A DNA stretch of 64,000 nucleotides, from positions 152 through 64,151 of IMG/VR virus record IMGVR_UViG_3300046171_000216. The stretch is one strand, 5' to 3'. Made by a program: the position numbers and the translations under genes. This document shows positions 61,750-64,000 of the stretch, one piece after another. Under the pieces are notes generated by a model. The model did no database searches, had not been told where the DNA came from, and saw only the letters and a program-made list of their open reading frames with translations. This DNA comes from a virus (lineage: Duplodnaviria > Caudoviricetes). The first letter of the stretch is position 1; every line of letters starts with the position of its first letter.

Positions 61750-64000
61750 CAGCAGTTCCAGCGACGGAGTGCCTTATTAATTCTTGAATCAGGATCTCTA
61801 CTTGTCTTTGCAGAAGTTAGTTTCTTTTTCATTCCCTTCATTCTTCTACAGAATGATAATCTTCTCTTTGCAGATTTAGAACCTTTCTTTAATTTTTTAG
61901 GATCTTTTGTGACTGCAGTTTTTAATTTAGAACCAGGATTCTCACGACGGTATGCATTAACTGCCTTTTGACTTAAACCATCAGTTTTATCTTTACGATT
62001 TTCTTTTTGCCAATCTTCTTCCATTCTTTCCAATCTGTAAAGGACATCATCATCTAATTGTGCTCTCCAGTCATAAGATGCCATTAAATTAGGATTATCT
62101 TCTTTATTGTTTTTTTTACTTTTATTTTTATCTAATTTTAATTTTTTTTGAATTTTTTTAATTTTATTCTTTTGTGCTTGAGTTAAAGGTTCCGTTTTTA
62201 CTTGTGGTAAATCATCAGTAAATGTTCCTGTTGGTTTTGTTGATCCAAATTTCTTTTGAATATTATTTGGTGTTGTACTAATATATTTGTCAAAATCAAT
62301 CTTTTTTTGAAGATTTACTTTTACAGGTGTTGTACCTTTATTTGGTTTTTTACTCACATCAACCAATTTCTTTGCTTGATTGACAACAGATTTTGTTTGT
62401 ATATTTTGACTAGTTACTTTATCAACTGGAATATACTTACTTTGTGTAACTCTCTGTGCACCTGTCTTAGTAAATGGATTTACCTTTCCTATGTTTTTTA
62501 ATATTGCTTTACCAAATTTGGCAATCATTCTTGTTTTAAATCCTTCATAAAGATCTACATTTTCCTTTAATGGTTTTGCTTTGATTATATCAACAGTTTC
62601 AATTTCTGTAAACTTGATATCATCAGAATTCCAATCTTGAATTACTAATTCACTTTCAATCGCAGTATTTTCCTTCATTGCTTTCTCTAATTTTTCTGCC
62701 TGTTTTTCGTGAGTCTTTAGATCCTTTCTTTAGATTCTTAACTAATTTTTTTACAAATGGTTTATCCTTTTCATCTAGTTCTTCTTTCATTTCTTTTTTC
62801 TTCTTTTTATCCATTACAATTTTAGTTGCGATTGCATACTTCACATTCTTATCACCATAACGATCTTTCATATCTTTGGTGCTAATTGCATCAGCAATCT
62901 CATCTCTTTTTTTAATATCTTTTTTAGTCATTACTTTTTCACCGATCACTTCTTCACCATAATACGCAGTACCATCTCCACCAGTTGGCATTTGCTGTCT
63001 TACTCTAGCAGGTGCTGTCTTTTCATCTTTTTGATATACTACAGCAGGACCGTAATCTGTGTTCTTTAGTTTTGTTTCTCTCTTGTAGTTCAGAAGAAGT
63101 ATCCTTTACTTCTTCTTCTTTGACTTTTTTACGCAGTTTGGATACCTCTTACCAAACATTGTTTTCATTCCTTTCTTTTCGTAACCTGCCCAACACTTCT
63201 CATCTAAAGTTGATCTCCAATCATAATGATCTTCTATCTTTGTGTTAGTTTTTATTTGATTCTGATATTCAGGTTTAGTTATTGTGTCTTTACCACCTTT
63301 AACTGTAAAGACTTTACGAAGAACTTTAACTGCTGGATTATTACTTTTTTGCACAAATTCAGATGCTTGATTAATTTTATTAATAGCAAAGTCCTGAACC
63401 TTTCCTTCAGGAACATATTCTTCTTTCTTTGTACTATTACCCCAATTTGCAGCACCGACTTTACGACACTTAACTAATGCACCTGATGCATATGCACTTG
63501 GCCAAACTGAATATCTTGACTTAACTTTATGATAACAAGCATCTTTTGTGCCACTACCCTTACCTTTTCTATCTTTTACTTCATTAAGGTCTATTTCTGT
63601 TTCTTCAGTATCTTCTAAAAGAATATCTCCTACCTTTACTTCATTTTCTGCAAACCAACCACGATTAACTTCAACTGCATATCTTACATCACCATCAGGA
63701 TAAACAGGAATTGGATTTTGTGGATCTAACTCTTTAATACTTTCGATTATACCTTCTTCGTTTATAAACGCAATATCAAGAGGTATAAAAGTATTTTTCA
63801 TATGAAAAGAATGATTATCAGTATTCTCAAATATGAAAAGCATACCACGATCTTGTTCTAAATTTTCACGGAACATTAGACCTAATCTAAATTCTGCACT
63901 GTTTTGAGGAATCTCAAGTTCAAGTGGTAGTGAAATAAATTCTTCTTTCATTTTCTTTCTTTTTAGGTTTGTCAGTTGAACATATGTTGGTTTTGCAGCA
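61749..64000 (-). CDS. Very large modular late protein (DUF192-like domain plus small Cys/basic modules), frameshifted, open to the window edge
   Basis: GLMFRE...GMLF.F...FHMKNT.IPLDI; KDACYHKVK...PSAYASG; CWAGY...PNC; SFCRRM...SRINKALRRWNC; no in-frame stop between 63951 and 64000. Confidence 0.7.

Overview
A 64-kb AT-rich segment of a T4-like marine cyanomyovirus. The host is probably Prochlorococcus, inferred from pebS, psbN, purM/purS, gcvP, hsp20, mazG, cobS-like and def. Almost all genes are on the minus strand. In transcription order (right to left) the core genes are: a very large modular protein, terminase gp17, nifU-like, gp18-gp19-gp20-gp21-gp22-gp23, def, gp3, uvsY, uvsW, gp55, gp47-gp46, a vWA/peptidase plus CobS-like AAA pair, pebS, gp45, gp44, gp62, regA, hsp20, purM, gp43, uvsX, gp41, mazG, a late/internal-protein block, gp61, nrdA and nrdB. 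Two accessory islands interrupt the replication module: purS, a DenV-like gene and DUF4385 between gp45 and gp44; doxX, psbN, dam and gcvP between gp44 and gp62. Many essential genes carry single-base indels, most likely long-read sequencing errors. Highlights: (1) a cluster of structured RNAs around regA-hsp20-gp43, comprising a manA-like ncRNA with its own promoter and terminator, a ROSE-type thermometer on hsp20 and an unassigned pseudoknot leader ahead of two Sm-like genes and gp43; (2) six proteins with T4-type capsid-targeting N-termini, including a putative H-Y-E ADP-ribosyltransferase and a HIGH nucleotidyltransferase; (3) an intact gcvP and a psbN missed by the ORF track; (4) a repeated non-canonical promoter architecture and a bidirectional promoter at gp55. 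All calls are by eye; no searches or folding programs were run.
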